From NCBI GenBank assembly GCA_035513035.1, contig DATKCW010000011.1, positions 28,893 to 92,892 on the forward strand: 64,000 bases of DNA, given 5' to 3'. A program made the translations under genes and the position numbers. A model generated the notes under the pieces. That model was not told the origin of the DNA and searched no databases. It worked only from the letters and a program-made list of their open reading frames with translations. Below are positions 8,877 to 17,119 of this stretch, piece after piece. Position 1 is the first letter of the stretch. Each line of letters opens with the position of its first letter. This DNA is from Aridibacter sp. (GTDB lineage: Bacteria; Acidobacteriota; Blastocatellia; Pyrinomonadales; Pyrinomonadaceae).

Positions 8877-9030
8877 TACGCGCAGATATGGACCGACGCT
8901 CTCGACGCGCTCTTCTCAAAACTGAACAACCGCGGCGACAACATCGTCGAAGGTCCGGTCAGGCGAGAATACGGATCTGCGGAGATCATGATCGACGACT
9001 TGAACGGCTTCCGGATCGCACTCTGTGATC
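8874..9030 (+). pseudogene. C-terminal remnant of a VOC (glyoxalase/bleomycin-resistance) family gene
   Basis: The frame opens only after a TGA inside the repeat array. It encodes AQIWTDALDALFSKLNNRGDNIVEGPVRREYGSAEIMIDDLNGFRIALCD, the last beta-alpha-beta-beta-beta module of VOC proteins. No N-terminal half and no start codon. Confidence 0.45.
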
Positions 9031-9069
9031 GACCGCTGCAAGCGGCTACTATCCCGACTTCGATCCGGG

Positions 9070-10416
9070 TTATGATCCTTCGATCGTCATCGATATACGT
9101 CCTTCCTCGATCGAGACGATACCGGTTTTCGCTGTCACCTCTACATTCCCGCCTACAAGCCTGAACTCCCTGCTAAACCGCACACTACTATTCTTGTTCG
9201 GATCCAGCTTCACCCCGTCCGCGCGAATACTCAATCCACCTGAGATCACGGCCCGGTAGGTCCGTTCGTTCAGGTCCTCGACCACGGCCTTGTCGAATGC
9301 CGCGGAGAAAACTCCTTCCTTTCCGAATCTGACCATGCGTGTGTGGACCCGTATACCGGGTTCGATCATCGTCACGTTCATCGGGTCAAACCGCTGCACG
9401 TACACGATCCCACCGAGTTTCGAAAAATCGATCTTGAGGCTGACGCCTTCCTCCGAAAGGGTCTCGTGCAGGAGCTTCCTATTCTCAACTGTGCGCGCTT
9501 CCGCCGCTTCCGATTCCGTTTTGAAGACGTCCTCGTAATTCATCGATCGAAGGACCGGCCCGCTTGGATCAATCGCTTCTTCAAGCAGATCCTGGACCGA
9601 CGCACCTTCCATCTGGACCCGCCTCTTCCATTCGCCGGGCATAAGGCGGTCCAGAAGTACCGCCTGTGCCGAGCCGGTCAGATAGAACTTCCTTCGTACG
9701 TTGCTTCCGACGCGATTGATCGTCTCAAGCGTTTCGAACTTTTCGGACAGATAGCTGTCCCCGTCGGCCGCCGAAATTGCCAGACTCGCCCTTTTCGCGG
9801 CTCCCGTCCTCAGGGCCTCGAGCACGGCCCGCACACCGGCGTATTCCGCCAGCCCTTCGTTCAGTTCGGCTCCCCGTTCAAACTCCACGAATTTCGCCGG
9901 CAATTCTCTTTGGCGCGTCCGCCGCACTGCAAGGAAGTCCGATATGTGCTTGCGCCGACGCTCTTCGCCTTCTGCCCGGAGCGCGAGCAGCAAGAGCCTC
10001 GCCTCGATCGCGAAGAGCGCGTTGTTCCTCGGGGTTGAAGCCGCGTATTCGAATACCAGAAACGCGTTCTCGGCGCCCCACGGCCCTCCTTCCCTACCCG
10101 GGCTTCTCTGAAATCCGTGAAACGCCTCGTGAACTGTGATAACGATGTTGTCCTCGACCGTATGGTCAGCGAAGTACTCGTCGGAGAGGGTCATAAAGAT
10201 CTGCGATTCAGGCTTTCCGGGCTCGGGAGAGAATTGAAGGTAGCCTTCTTTCAGTTCGGTGAACTTCGCGGCATCAAATCCCGGCCAGATCCCGCCCGGC
10301 GAAGAGGCTGAAAGCTCACGAATCAGCGAGAAGAGACGCCCGGAATCAGACTGTGCGAGAGCGGCGGCTTGAAGCAGCGCGGCGAGGATCACCGCGATGG
10401 AGATCTTTTTCATCAT
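9070..10416 (-). CDS. secreted HExxH zinc-metallopeptidase-like protein
   Basis: 448 aa with signal peptide. HEAFH plus downstream NEGLAEY (gluzincin-like third ligand). 4 nt overlap with the upstream gene. Confidence 0.65.
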   Translation of the reverse strand: MMKKISIAVILAALLQAAALAQSDSGRLFSLIRELSASSPGGIWPGFDAAKFTELKEGYLQFSPEPGKPESQIFMTLSDEYFADHTVEDNIVITVHEAFHGFQRSPGREGGPWGAENAFLVFEYAASTPRNNALFAIEARLLLLALRAEGEERRRKHISDFLAVRRTRQRELPAKFVEFERGAELNEGLAEYAGVRAVLEALRTGAAKRASLAISAADGDSYLSEKFETLETINRVGSNVRRKFYLTGSAQAVLLDRLMPGEWKRRVQMEGASVQDLLEEAIDPSGPVLRSMNYEDVFKTESEAAEARTVENRKLLHETLSEEGVSLKIDFSKLGGIVYVQRFDPMNVTMIEPGIRVHTRMVRFGKEGVFSAAFDKAVVEDLNERTYRAVISGGLSIRADGVKLDPNKNSSVRFSREFRLVGGNVEVTAKTGIVSIEEGRISMTIEGS

Positions 10417-11291
10417 TTCTTCTCCTTGATCCGAAATACGAGCTCAAAACCCTCGCCAAGTGAATCATCAAGCGGATATCTCAGCTCGCTTCCGACTTCG
10501 CCTATTCCGCGTCCGCTCGTGATCAGCCTTTGTCCGCTGCTCTTAAGCTCGAAACTGACCGACACTTGATCGGATGGACGGCCGCGCAAAAGGTCTTCTA
10601 CTTCGATCCCAAGAGCAAGACCCTGAGTCGGCGACGCGCCTTCCACACGAGCCAGTTGAACGACAGCCGCCTGCCGGAATAGAGCTTTTGCATTTCCTGC
10701 GAGCAACCGCTCTCCGTTCTTCAGGACGGCAGCTTCGACCTCGTAATTGTGGGGTATCTTGCGGGCGTTGATCGCTATCTCGCCGCTTGAAAGGATCCGA
10801 TTGAACGAGATGGCCAGCTTTTTCGCATCCGCTTCAGTCGGGGCCGACTGACGTCTTGGATCGATCTCTATCCTGAGGGTTTTCCCGCCTCCGTTCAGGC
10901 CAAAAGGAAGCAAAACGACGGATTCGTCAAATGAGACAACGAGTTCCTTCTCCTGCCGGTCGATCTCGAATAGGGGGAGGCCGTTCGGAGACAGTCCGAA
11001 CGCCCGTTTGGTTTCGATCTTTGCGCGGACAAGAAGCTCGGAATCGCCTAGAGGATCGGTCAGAAATTCCGACCTCATCTCAAATCCGTCCGTTGTCAGA
11101 TCGATTCTGAAATCGGTGCCTTCAGGTCCCTCGATGACCGTTTCCGAAAGCGGCTCGCTGCTTCCGTCCTCAGCCGAAACTCTCACATCGAAAGAGATCC
11201 TGTTACGCTCGCCGAAAGCCTCAGCCATCCCGCTTCCGGCCTGTAGAACGCACAGGATCGCCGCGAGCATTGCCGCAAGAAATCTGTTCAT
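10413..11291 (-). CDS. secreted hypothetical protein
   Basis: 292 aa with signal peptide. ATGA-type overlaps at both ends place it in the ECF sigma operon. Confidence 0.6.
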   Translation of the reverse strand: MNRFLAAMLAAILCVLQAGSGMAEAFGERNRISFDVRVSAEDGSSEPLSETVIEGPEGTDFRIDLTTDGFEMRSEFLTDPLGDSELLVRAKIETKRAFGLSPNGLPLFEIDRQEKELVVSFDESVVLLPFGLNGGGKTLRIEIDPRRQSAPTEADAKKLAISFNRILSSGEIAINARKIPHNYEVEAAVLKNGERLLAGNAKALFRQAAVVQLARVEGASPTQGLALGIEVEDLLRGRPSDQVSVSFELKSSGQRLITSGRGIGEVGSELRYPLDDSLGEGFELVFRIKEKK

Positions 11292-11695
11292 CGCCTCGCC
11301 TCCTTGAACACCGCCGCCTTTCCGCCGCCGTCGAAACGCGCGAGCGATCCCCGAGTGGCCGGGGGAGTTTCAGCACGCGTGAACGGGGGATCAGGTTCGG
11401 GACTGCGCAGCAGACTGACCACAAGAACAGAGACCAGAACGACCACAACAAGCGCCGCCGCGGCGATCGCCGGCGCCGGCACCAGGACCCTGCGTCTGAC
11501 AAGCGACGGCTCCTGCAACAGTGTTCGTTCATCGATCGCAAGCCCTTGAATCTCCATCCTCAGGAGTTCGAAGTCCGCTTTCGCTGCTGCGCAATCGGCG
11601 CAATTCCTTATGTGCTCCAAAAGCGCGGCGGTCTCGCTCTCAGGCAGTTCGCCGTCGAGCATTGCCGATACTTTCTTCGTAAACTCACATTTCAT
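11288..11695 (-). CDS. anti-sigma factor (zf-HC2, single TM)
   Basis: MKCEFTKKVSAMLDGELPESE...HIRNCADCAAAK zinc-finger motif, central TM helix, overlaps the sigma gene by 11 nt. Confidence 0.75.
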   Translation of the reverse strand: MKCEFTKKVSAMLDGELPESETAALLEHIRNCADCAAAKADFELLRMEIQGLAIDERTLLQEPSLVRRRVLVPAPAIAAAALVVVVLVSVLVVSLLRSPEPDPPFTRAETPPATRGSLARFDGGGKAAVFKEARR

Positions 11696-12197
11696 TGTTT
11701 TCCTCGTTCCACAGCTCGCGGAGCTTCTCGCGCCCGCGGTAAATGTCGATCTTGACCTTCGCTTCCGAAACGGCGAGTACGAGCGCGATCTCCCTGTAGC
11801 TCATATCCTCGTTTTCGCGAAGCAGAAGAGCCGAACGCTGATGTTCGGGTAGCTTCGCGAGCAGGCGGCGGATCTGATTACGCTGTTCGCTTCGCTCGAG
11901 CTCCGCTTCCGGTGCGGGCCGCTTGAATGATAACGCCTCGCCGGCGCGCCTCCAGAGCCGTTTTCGCGTGTTCTCCCTGTTGACCTCATTCAGAGCGAGG
12001 TTCCTACCGACCCTGAACAGCCAGAACCTGATCTCGTCGTCTGAGATCTCTCCGAGTCGCGCGCCGCAAAGGCGCAGGAAGCTTTCCTGCGCCAGGTCGG
12101 GCGCTCCGGAAGCTCCGACGATGCCCGTCAGGAATCTGCACAGTCCCGGGTACTGTTCGTGGAACACCGTTCTAATCCTGTCTCGTTCCAGGTCCAT
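11685..12197 (-). CDS. ECF-type RNA polymerase sigma-70 factor
   Basis: 170 aa. Region 2 (QESFLRL, FWLFRVGRNLALN) and region 4 (LPEHQRSALLLRENEDMSYREIA). Confidence 0.85.
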   Translation of the reverse strand: MDLERDRIRTVFHEQYPGLCRFLTGIVGASGAPDLAQESFLRLCGARLGEISDDEIRFWLFRVGRNLALNEVNRENTRKRLWRRAGEALSFKRPAPEAELERSEQRNQIRRLLAKLPEHQRSALLLRENEDMSYREIALVLAVSEAKVKIDIYRGREKLRELWNEENNEM

Positions 12198-12307
12198 TTG
12201 CGTTACCAGTATTAAAACAGGTGGGAACCGTAAAAGTTACAGAACAAGGGTAGAACAGGGGAGAGGAGTCGGGAGACTCTTCAGTCCGCGAAGCAAGCTG
12301 TCGGGGA

Positions 12308-12520
12308 ATGTACGATAAGTTTCAGCTTTTCGCCCGCGCCGCGAGGACTGAGAGAAAAGGACTGAGGACTGACTCCGAGTGCGAAGCGCGAACTGTACGA
12401 TAAGCTTCAGCTTGTCGCCCGCCGCAAGGCGGGAACAGGGGCTGGTTAAACGGGAAGAAGGAAGGACACAGATAAACACGGATGGATTTTGGGATCGGTG
12501 TTAACCTGTGTCCTTTTTCT
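12308..12520 (+). repeat. ~210 bp composite repeat (copy without insertion)
   Basis: See 3170-3410. Confidence 0.8.
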
Positions 12521-12558
12521 TGCGGCCGATTCAAAGAGGTTCATCGAGGGTTGACGAG

Positions 12559-12700
12559 TATCAGTTGCCCCCCGCTTCAGCGGGGGGATGAAAGGGTCCA
12601 ACAATCCCCGGCCGACTTTAGCCGGCGATTTCGGGGCTAAAGCCCCGCAGTCCCTTGAATCAGCGAATGTCCCCCGGCTGAAGCCGGGGGCAACTGATAT
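12559..12700. repeat. ~140 bp multi-hairpin palindromic module
   Basis: Outer arms TATCAGTTGCCCCC / GGGGGCAACTGATA. Internal hairpins CCCCCCGC-TTCA-GCGGGGGG, CGGGGC-TAAA-GCCCCG and CCCCCGGC-TGAA-GCCGGGGG. Confidence 0.7.
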
Positions 12701-12774
12701 GGTCCACGAACCGAAAAGGCTGTTAAAGCGCCTCTTGTGAAAGAAAGCGAGGGTCTTTTCAGCCGGCCCCTTTT

Positions 12775-12909
12775 CCTGACTTCTGACTTCTGACTTCTTG
12801 AAGTAGCCCGCGCTCACGCTTGGGCTTCGGACACGGCCTGACTTCTGACTCCTGTTTTCTGTCTCCTGTCTCCTGACTTCTGTCTCCTGTCTCCTGTCTC
12901 CTGACTTCC
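12775..12909 (+). repeat. heptamer runs (TGACTTC/TGTCTCC) interrupted by a GTAGCCCGCGCTCACGCTTGGGCTTCGGACACG word
   Basis: Read directly. The same interrupting word recurs at 28636-28670, 28692-28725 and 30060-30130. Confidence 0.7.
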
Positions 12910-12943
12910 GTGATGCCCGTCGCTCGCGCTCCGGGTTCCGATC

Positions 12944-13039
12944 GTGCCGCCGCTACGCGGCTCAGGAATGTGGGGATCGGTCCCCGTGGGTTTCGCTTCG
13001 CTCCACCCACGGCTAAAAGCAGGTCGCCCTTGCGGGGCT
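12944..13039 (+). repeat. three-hairpin element (copy 4)
   Basis: TGCCGCCGCTACGCGGCTCAGGAATGTGGGGATCGGTCCCCGTGGGTTTCGCTTCGCTCCACCCACGGCTAAAAGCAGGTCGCCCTTGCGGGGC. Confidence 0.75.
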
Positions 13040-13043
13040 CTTC

Positions 13044-13160
13044 CGGTCTCCCGTCTCCCGTCTCCTGACTCCGGTCCCCGGTCTCCCGTCTCCGGTTTCC
13101 GGTCTCCGGACTCCGGTCCCCCGTCTCCGGTCCCCGGTCTCCCGTCTCCGGACTCCGATC
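13044..13160 (+). repeat. degenerate heptamer array (GTCTCCC/GTCTCCG/GTCCCCG)
   Basis: About 16 units directly after element copy 4. Confidence 0.75.
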
Positions 13161-13176
13161 CCTCAGTCTTTCCTTT

Positions 13177-14271
13177 CTACTTTTTACTTTCCTTAGCCAC
13201 GATCTCTTCCATCTCTTCCAGACGCTCGCCTATCAGGTCCGCCAGACGGAACTGGGATCGGGCGCGGACAAGGTTGTGGGTTTCGTACGCGGTATCGAAA
13301 TAGACGTCGTTGTTCAGAAAGTCAGTCAGCATACGGAGGCCGACGATGAAGGTCATCACCTGCGAGCTGAACGCGAGCCCTTCGATCTCGGAAGGCGTAA
13401 GTACGATTCCGCTGTCACCGAGGAAGCCCTCCACGAAGGCCTCGAAAAATCCAAGATCGAAACCGACGTTCGCGATGTCCTTTTCGTCCTCATCGCCCTT
13501 GTTGCAGATCGTCCGTACTGCGTCGCCGAAATCGAAATGTACGACGCCCGGCATCACGGTATCGAGATCGATCATGCATAGTGCCTCATCATTTTCCGAG
13601 AAAAGCACGTTCGAGATCTTTGTGTCGTTGTGGGTGACCCGGGTTGGGATACGGTCCTCGTTGACCCGCCTTTCGAGCGACTGCATTTCGGAACGCAGCG
13701 CGAACGCGCCTTCGATCAATTCCTCGGCTTCCCGTTTCCGTTCGTCCGAACCGGAAGCGACCGCCTCGTCAAACTGCGCGTACCGGAGCGCCATGCTGTG
13801 GAACCTGGGGATGGTCACGTTCAGCGAATCGGGATCGAGGTCTTCGGTATCACGAAGGAATATTCCGATCGCCTTGCCGGCCTCGCGAGCGACCTTTGCG
13901 TTCGGCGTCTTCAGGTAAACCCTCGAGTCTTCTATGTAATTCAAAAGGTTCCACCAGTCGCCTGCATCGTCCCTGTGCAGATAGCCCCCGGAGCGTTTGT
14001 CGAAGAACCGAAGCACTCTTCGCCCGAACTCTTCCGGCGGAAGATGACCCCGTTTGCCGGCGATGTGGGCGGCGACCCTGACCTTGTTCTCGATCACGGC
14101 TTCGGGATCGAGAAACACACGACTGTTGATCTGCTGAAGGATGTATAAGCCGCCCAGGTCCGTGCGGATCAGATAGGTCTGGTTGATGTGGCCCGTCTTG
14201 ATCGGGTCCGCCTGAATCGGAGCGCCTTCGATCTCGAATGACTCGAAGGCGCGTTTGATGTGCTCTTCCAT
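13177..14271 (-). CDS. phosphotransferase family kinase (APH/N-acetylhexosamine kinase-like)
   Basis: 364 aa. Catalytic HNDTKISNVLF and IDLDTV motifs of the APH/choline-kinase fold. Confidence 0.75.
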   Translation of the reverse strand: MEEHIKRAFESFEIEGAPIQADPIKTGHINQTYLIRTDLGGLYILQQINSRVFLDPEAVIENKVRVAAHIAGKRGHLPPEEFGRRVLRFFDKRSGGYLHRDDAGDWWNLLNYIEDSRVYLKTPNAKVAREAGKAIGIFLRDTEDLDPDSLNVTIPRFHSMALRYAQFDEAVASGSDERKREAEELIEGAFALRSEMQSLERRVNEDRIPTRVTHNDTKISNVLFSENDEALCMIDLDTVMPGVVHFDFGDAVRTICNKGDEDEKDIANVGFDLGFFEAFVEGFLGDSGIVLTPSEIEGLAFSSQVMTFIVGLRMLTDFLNNDVYFDTAYETHNLVRARSQFRLADLIGERLEEMEEIVAKESKK

Positions 14272-14715
14272 TTACAAATGCCGCGTAGTTGGATTCGCCC
14301 GAGCCGGACCGCAGCAGGCAAGTATTCTCACCCAAAATGCGATTTCGTTCCACTTTGGCCGGGTTGTGAACCTCGGAAGCGCCGAGGGCAATCCTGGTGC
14401 CCTTGTTCCGGTCCAGTGGTCAATGGTCGATGGTCAACTGCCAATGGTCAATTCGCATTGGTAAATGATCCGAGTCCTTTGCGGCCTTTGCGAACACCTT
14501 CGCGACCTTTGCGGTTAAACATCCTCTTAACAAACTCGGTTCTGACGAAGATCTTGACCGCGAAGGACACGGAGGTTTTCGCAAAGGAACGCGGAAGGGA
14601 TCAACGTATTACGAATATGACGTCCGCTTCGCTAATACCCGCAGCTAAAGCAGCGGGCTATTCCCGGGAAACCCCCGATCTTGAATTTCCCCAATAGACT
14701 CCCGACTCGACAGAC

Positions 14716-15308
14716 TCAAAAGACCCTGTCTCCTGTCTCCTGTCTCCTGCCTCCTGTCTCCTCTGCCGCCGCTAACGCGGCTAAAGAATTATTTGCCGCC
14801 TTGACCGTGGGCTGCGCCTTCGGCTTGCCCACGGCTAAACTCACGTGTGCGCTACGCGGACGCCTGTCTCCTGTCTTCGGTCTTCTGTCTTCGGTCTTCT
14901 GTCTTCGGTCTCCTGTCTCCCGTCTCCTGCCTTCTGTCTCCTGTCTCCTGCCTTCTGTCTCCTCTGCCGCCGCTAACGCGGCTAAAGAATTATTTGCCGC
15001 CTCGACCGTGGGCTGCGCCTTCGGCTTGCCCACGCCTAAACTCACGTGTCCGCTACGCGGACGCCTGTCTCCTGTCTTCGGTCTTCGGTCTTCGGTCTTC
15101 TGTCTCCTGCCTTCTGTCTCCTGTCTCCTGTCTCCTCTGCCGCCGCTAACGCGGCTAAAGAATTATTTGCCGCCTTGACCGTGTGCGCCTTCGGCTTGCC
15201 CACGGCTAAACTCACGTGTGCGCTACGCGGACGCCTGTCTCCTGTCTTCTGTCTTCGGTCTTCGGTCTTCTGTCTTCGGTCTCCTGTCTCCCGTCTCCTG
15301 CCTTCTGA
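14716..15308 (+). repeat. higher-order tandem: (heptamer run + variant three-hairpin element) x3
   Basis: Element copies 5-7 start at 14764, 14965 and 15138 (periods ~201 and ~173 bp), separated by TGTCTCC/GGTCTTC heptamer runs. Lies in the divergent gap between the kinase and M50 protease genes. Confidence 0.8.
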
Positions 15309-15364
15309 CTTCCAATTCACAATTCACGATTTACGATTTACCCGCAAGATATTACTCTAGAGCA

Positions 15365-16456
15365 ATGAGATCGTGGTCAATAAGGCTCGGCAAGCTTTTC
15401 GGCATCGACGTATTCATCCACTGGTCGTTCTGGCTTCTGATCATCTGGATCGTCTATCTGCAGTTCAGCGCAGGAGGCGGACTGCCCGAGGCGCTATGGG
15501 CGTCCGGATTCGTCTTTGCCCTTTTCGCGTGCGTCGTCTTCCACGAACTAGGCCACGCCTTGACGGCGCGGCGGTTCGGGATCGGTACCAAGAACATCAC
15601 GCTCTACCCGATCGGAGGGGTCGCCTCTCTCGAGAAGATGCCGGACGAACCCGGCCGCGAACTCCTCGTGGCGATATCCGGCCCGATGGTGAACCTCGTA
15701 ATCGCGGCACTTCTTTGGGCTTACTTTGCAGTTTCCGGCAGTTTTCCCGATCCGGCAATGCTAGAGTCCGCCGAACGCCTCTCGGACGTCCCGTTCCTTT
15801 TCACGCTATTTACCGCCAATCTGATCGTCGCCGCGTTCAACCTGATCCCGGCATTCCCTATGGACGGCGGACGGGCGCTCAGGGCACTGCTCAGCACATT
15901 CCTCGACCGCGGTCTCGCGACCCGAGTCGCCGCTTCGGTCGGGCAGATCATCGCGATATTTTTCATCTTTCTGGGTTTCTACTACAACCCCTGGCTTATC
16001 CTGATCGGGCTTTTCGTTTTCCTGGGCGCCGGTGTGGAATCGGCGGGCGAAAGGACCAAGTCGGAACTTGCGGGCCTGACGGTCAAGGACGCGCTGATGA
16101 AACGGTTCACCGGCCTAAGCCCTTTCGACACTCTGGGCACGGCCGTCGAAGCGCTCTTGAACAGCCAGGAGACGGACTTCGTCGTGCTCGACGCCGACGA
16201 ACCGATAGGGCTACTCACCCGGAACGAAATAATCAAGGGGCTTTCGGAACAAGGTCCGGAAGCGAGGGTCTCGGCGTATATGAACCGGGAGTTCTTTGTC
16301 GTGGGACCGGACCTGAAGCTTGCGGACTTTCTTCAGGAGGTCGTCGCGCACGAAAGAGACGTCGCGCTGGTGATGCAGGACGGGGAGCTTGTGGGGCTGA
16401 TCAACCGGGAGAACGTGGAAGAAAAGCTGATGGTCCAACGGGCGCTGAGACAGTAG
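15365..16456 (+). CDS. site-2 protease (peptidase M50) with C-terminal CBS pair
   Basis: ORF 15218..16456 trimmed to MRSWSIRLGKLFGIDV (ATG 15365); upstream codons are repeat DNA. HELGH motif, FNLIPAFPMDGG, CBS-like C terminus. Confidence 0.85.
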   Translation: MRSWSIRLGKLFGIDVFIHWSFWLLIIWIVYLQFSAGGGLPEALWASGFVFALFACVVFHELGHALTARRFGIGTKNITLYPIGGVASLEKMPDEPGRELLVAISGPMVNLVIAALLWAYFAVSGSFPDPAMLESAERLSDVPFLFTLFTANLIVAAFNLIPAFPMDGGRALRALLSTFLDRGLATRVAASVGQIIAIFFIFLGFYYNPWLILIGLFVFLGAGVESAGERTKSELAGLTVKDALMKRFTGLSPFDTLGTAVEALLNSQETDFVVLDADEPIGLLTRNEIIKGLSEQGPEARVSAYMNREFFVVGPDLKLADFLQEVVAHERDVALVMQDGELVGLINRENVEEKLMVQRALRQ

Positions 16457-17119
16457 GGGCAGGACCTGTGCCTGCCCCCGCTATATCAACCGGACGCCCG
16501 GCCTCATCCGTAAGGCTCAATTATCAGCGAAAGATCCGGCTCGCCGTAGTGCTCCCATTTATCCCACCGGTCCACAAGATCCGACTTGACGGGATTGTCA
16601 CGGATGTACGAAACCGTTTCCCAAAGATCATCGATTGACCTGATTACGTGATCATAATATTGCCGCTGCCACAGTTTCCCCTTTTCCTTCTTCCACCATT
16701 CACGTGTAGTCATGCTCTTGAATTCCCCGCATATTTTCCCGAGGTTAGAGTCTGAATCCCCGATACCGATCAGGCCATGAAAATGATCGGGCCTAAAGGT
16801 GTATGAATAAAGGTTGAATTGACGCTTTTCTCGGAGCTGAAGCAGGAGCGATTTGCAGGCACGTGCAAAACTCTCATCGGCGAAGCACGGTTTTCGTTCT
16901 TTGGCGGCAATAGTTACGAAGTGTATTCCTGAGTCATAAGCGTCGGGAGAAAGTCGAATGCTGTTCTTTCGAAAGACACAGCCATCTATGTCGGGCATGG
17001 TGAGGATGCCTCCTTATTATTGGCTTGGTTTTTTTTTCAAAAAGGGGGCAGGCACAGGTCCTGCCCCTAAATAAACACTTATAAAATCAACGGAGGGCAG
17101 GCACGGGTCCTGCCCCTAC
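16453..17119 (-). mobile_element. RAYT locus: RAYT gene bracketed by inverted GTAG-REP hairpins
   Basis: GTAGGGGCAGGACCTGTGCCTGCCCC at 16453-16479 (+). Two copies in opposite orientation at 17044-17070 and 17092-17119. Confidence 0.75.
16504..16998 (-). CDS. REP-associated tyrosine transposase (RAYT, IS200/IS605-like Y1 HUH enzyme)
   Basis: 164 aa. HUH motif PDHFHGLI, catalytic-Tyr region QRQYYDHVIR, C-terminal YIRDNPVKSDLV. Visibly AT-richer than its neighbours and flanked by inverted REPs. Confidence 0.8.
   Translation of the reverse strand: MPDIDGCVFRKNSIRLSPDAYDSGIHFVTIAAKERKPCFADESFARACKSLLLQLREKRQFNLYSYTFRPDHFHGLIGIGDSDSNLGKICGEFKSMTTREWWKKEKGKLWQRQYYDHVIRSIDDLWETVSYIRDNPVKSDLVDRWDKWEHYGEPDLSLIIEPYG

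Noticed and set aside
14716-15308. Possible CRISPR array (regularly spaced ~100 bp repeats)
   Set aside because: The units are far longer than CRISPR repeats. The sequences between them are heptamer microsatellites rather than unique spacers. The same element is dispersed singly elsewhere, and no cas genes are in the window.
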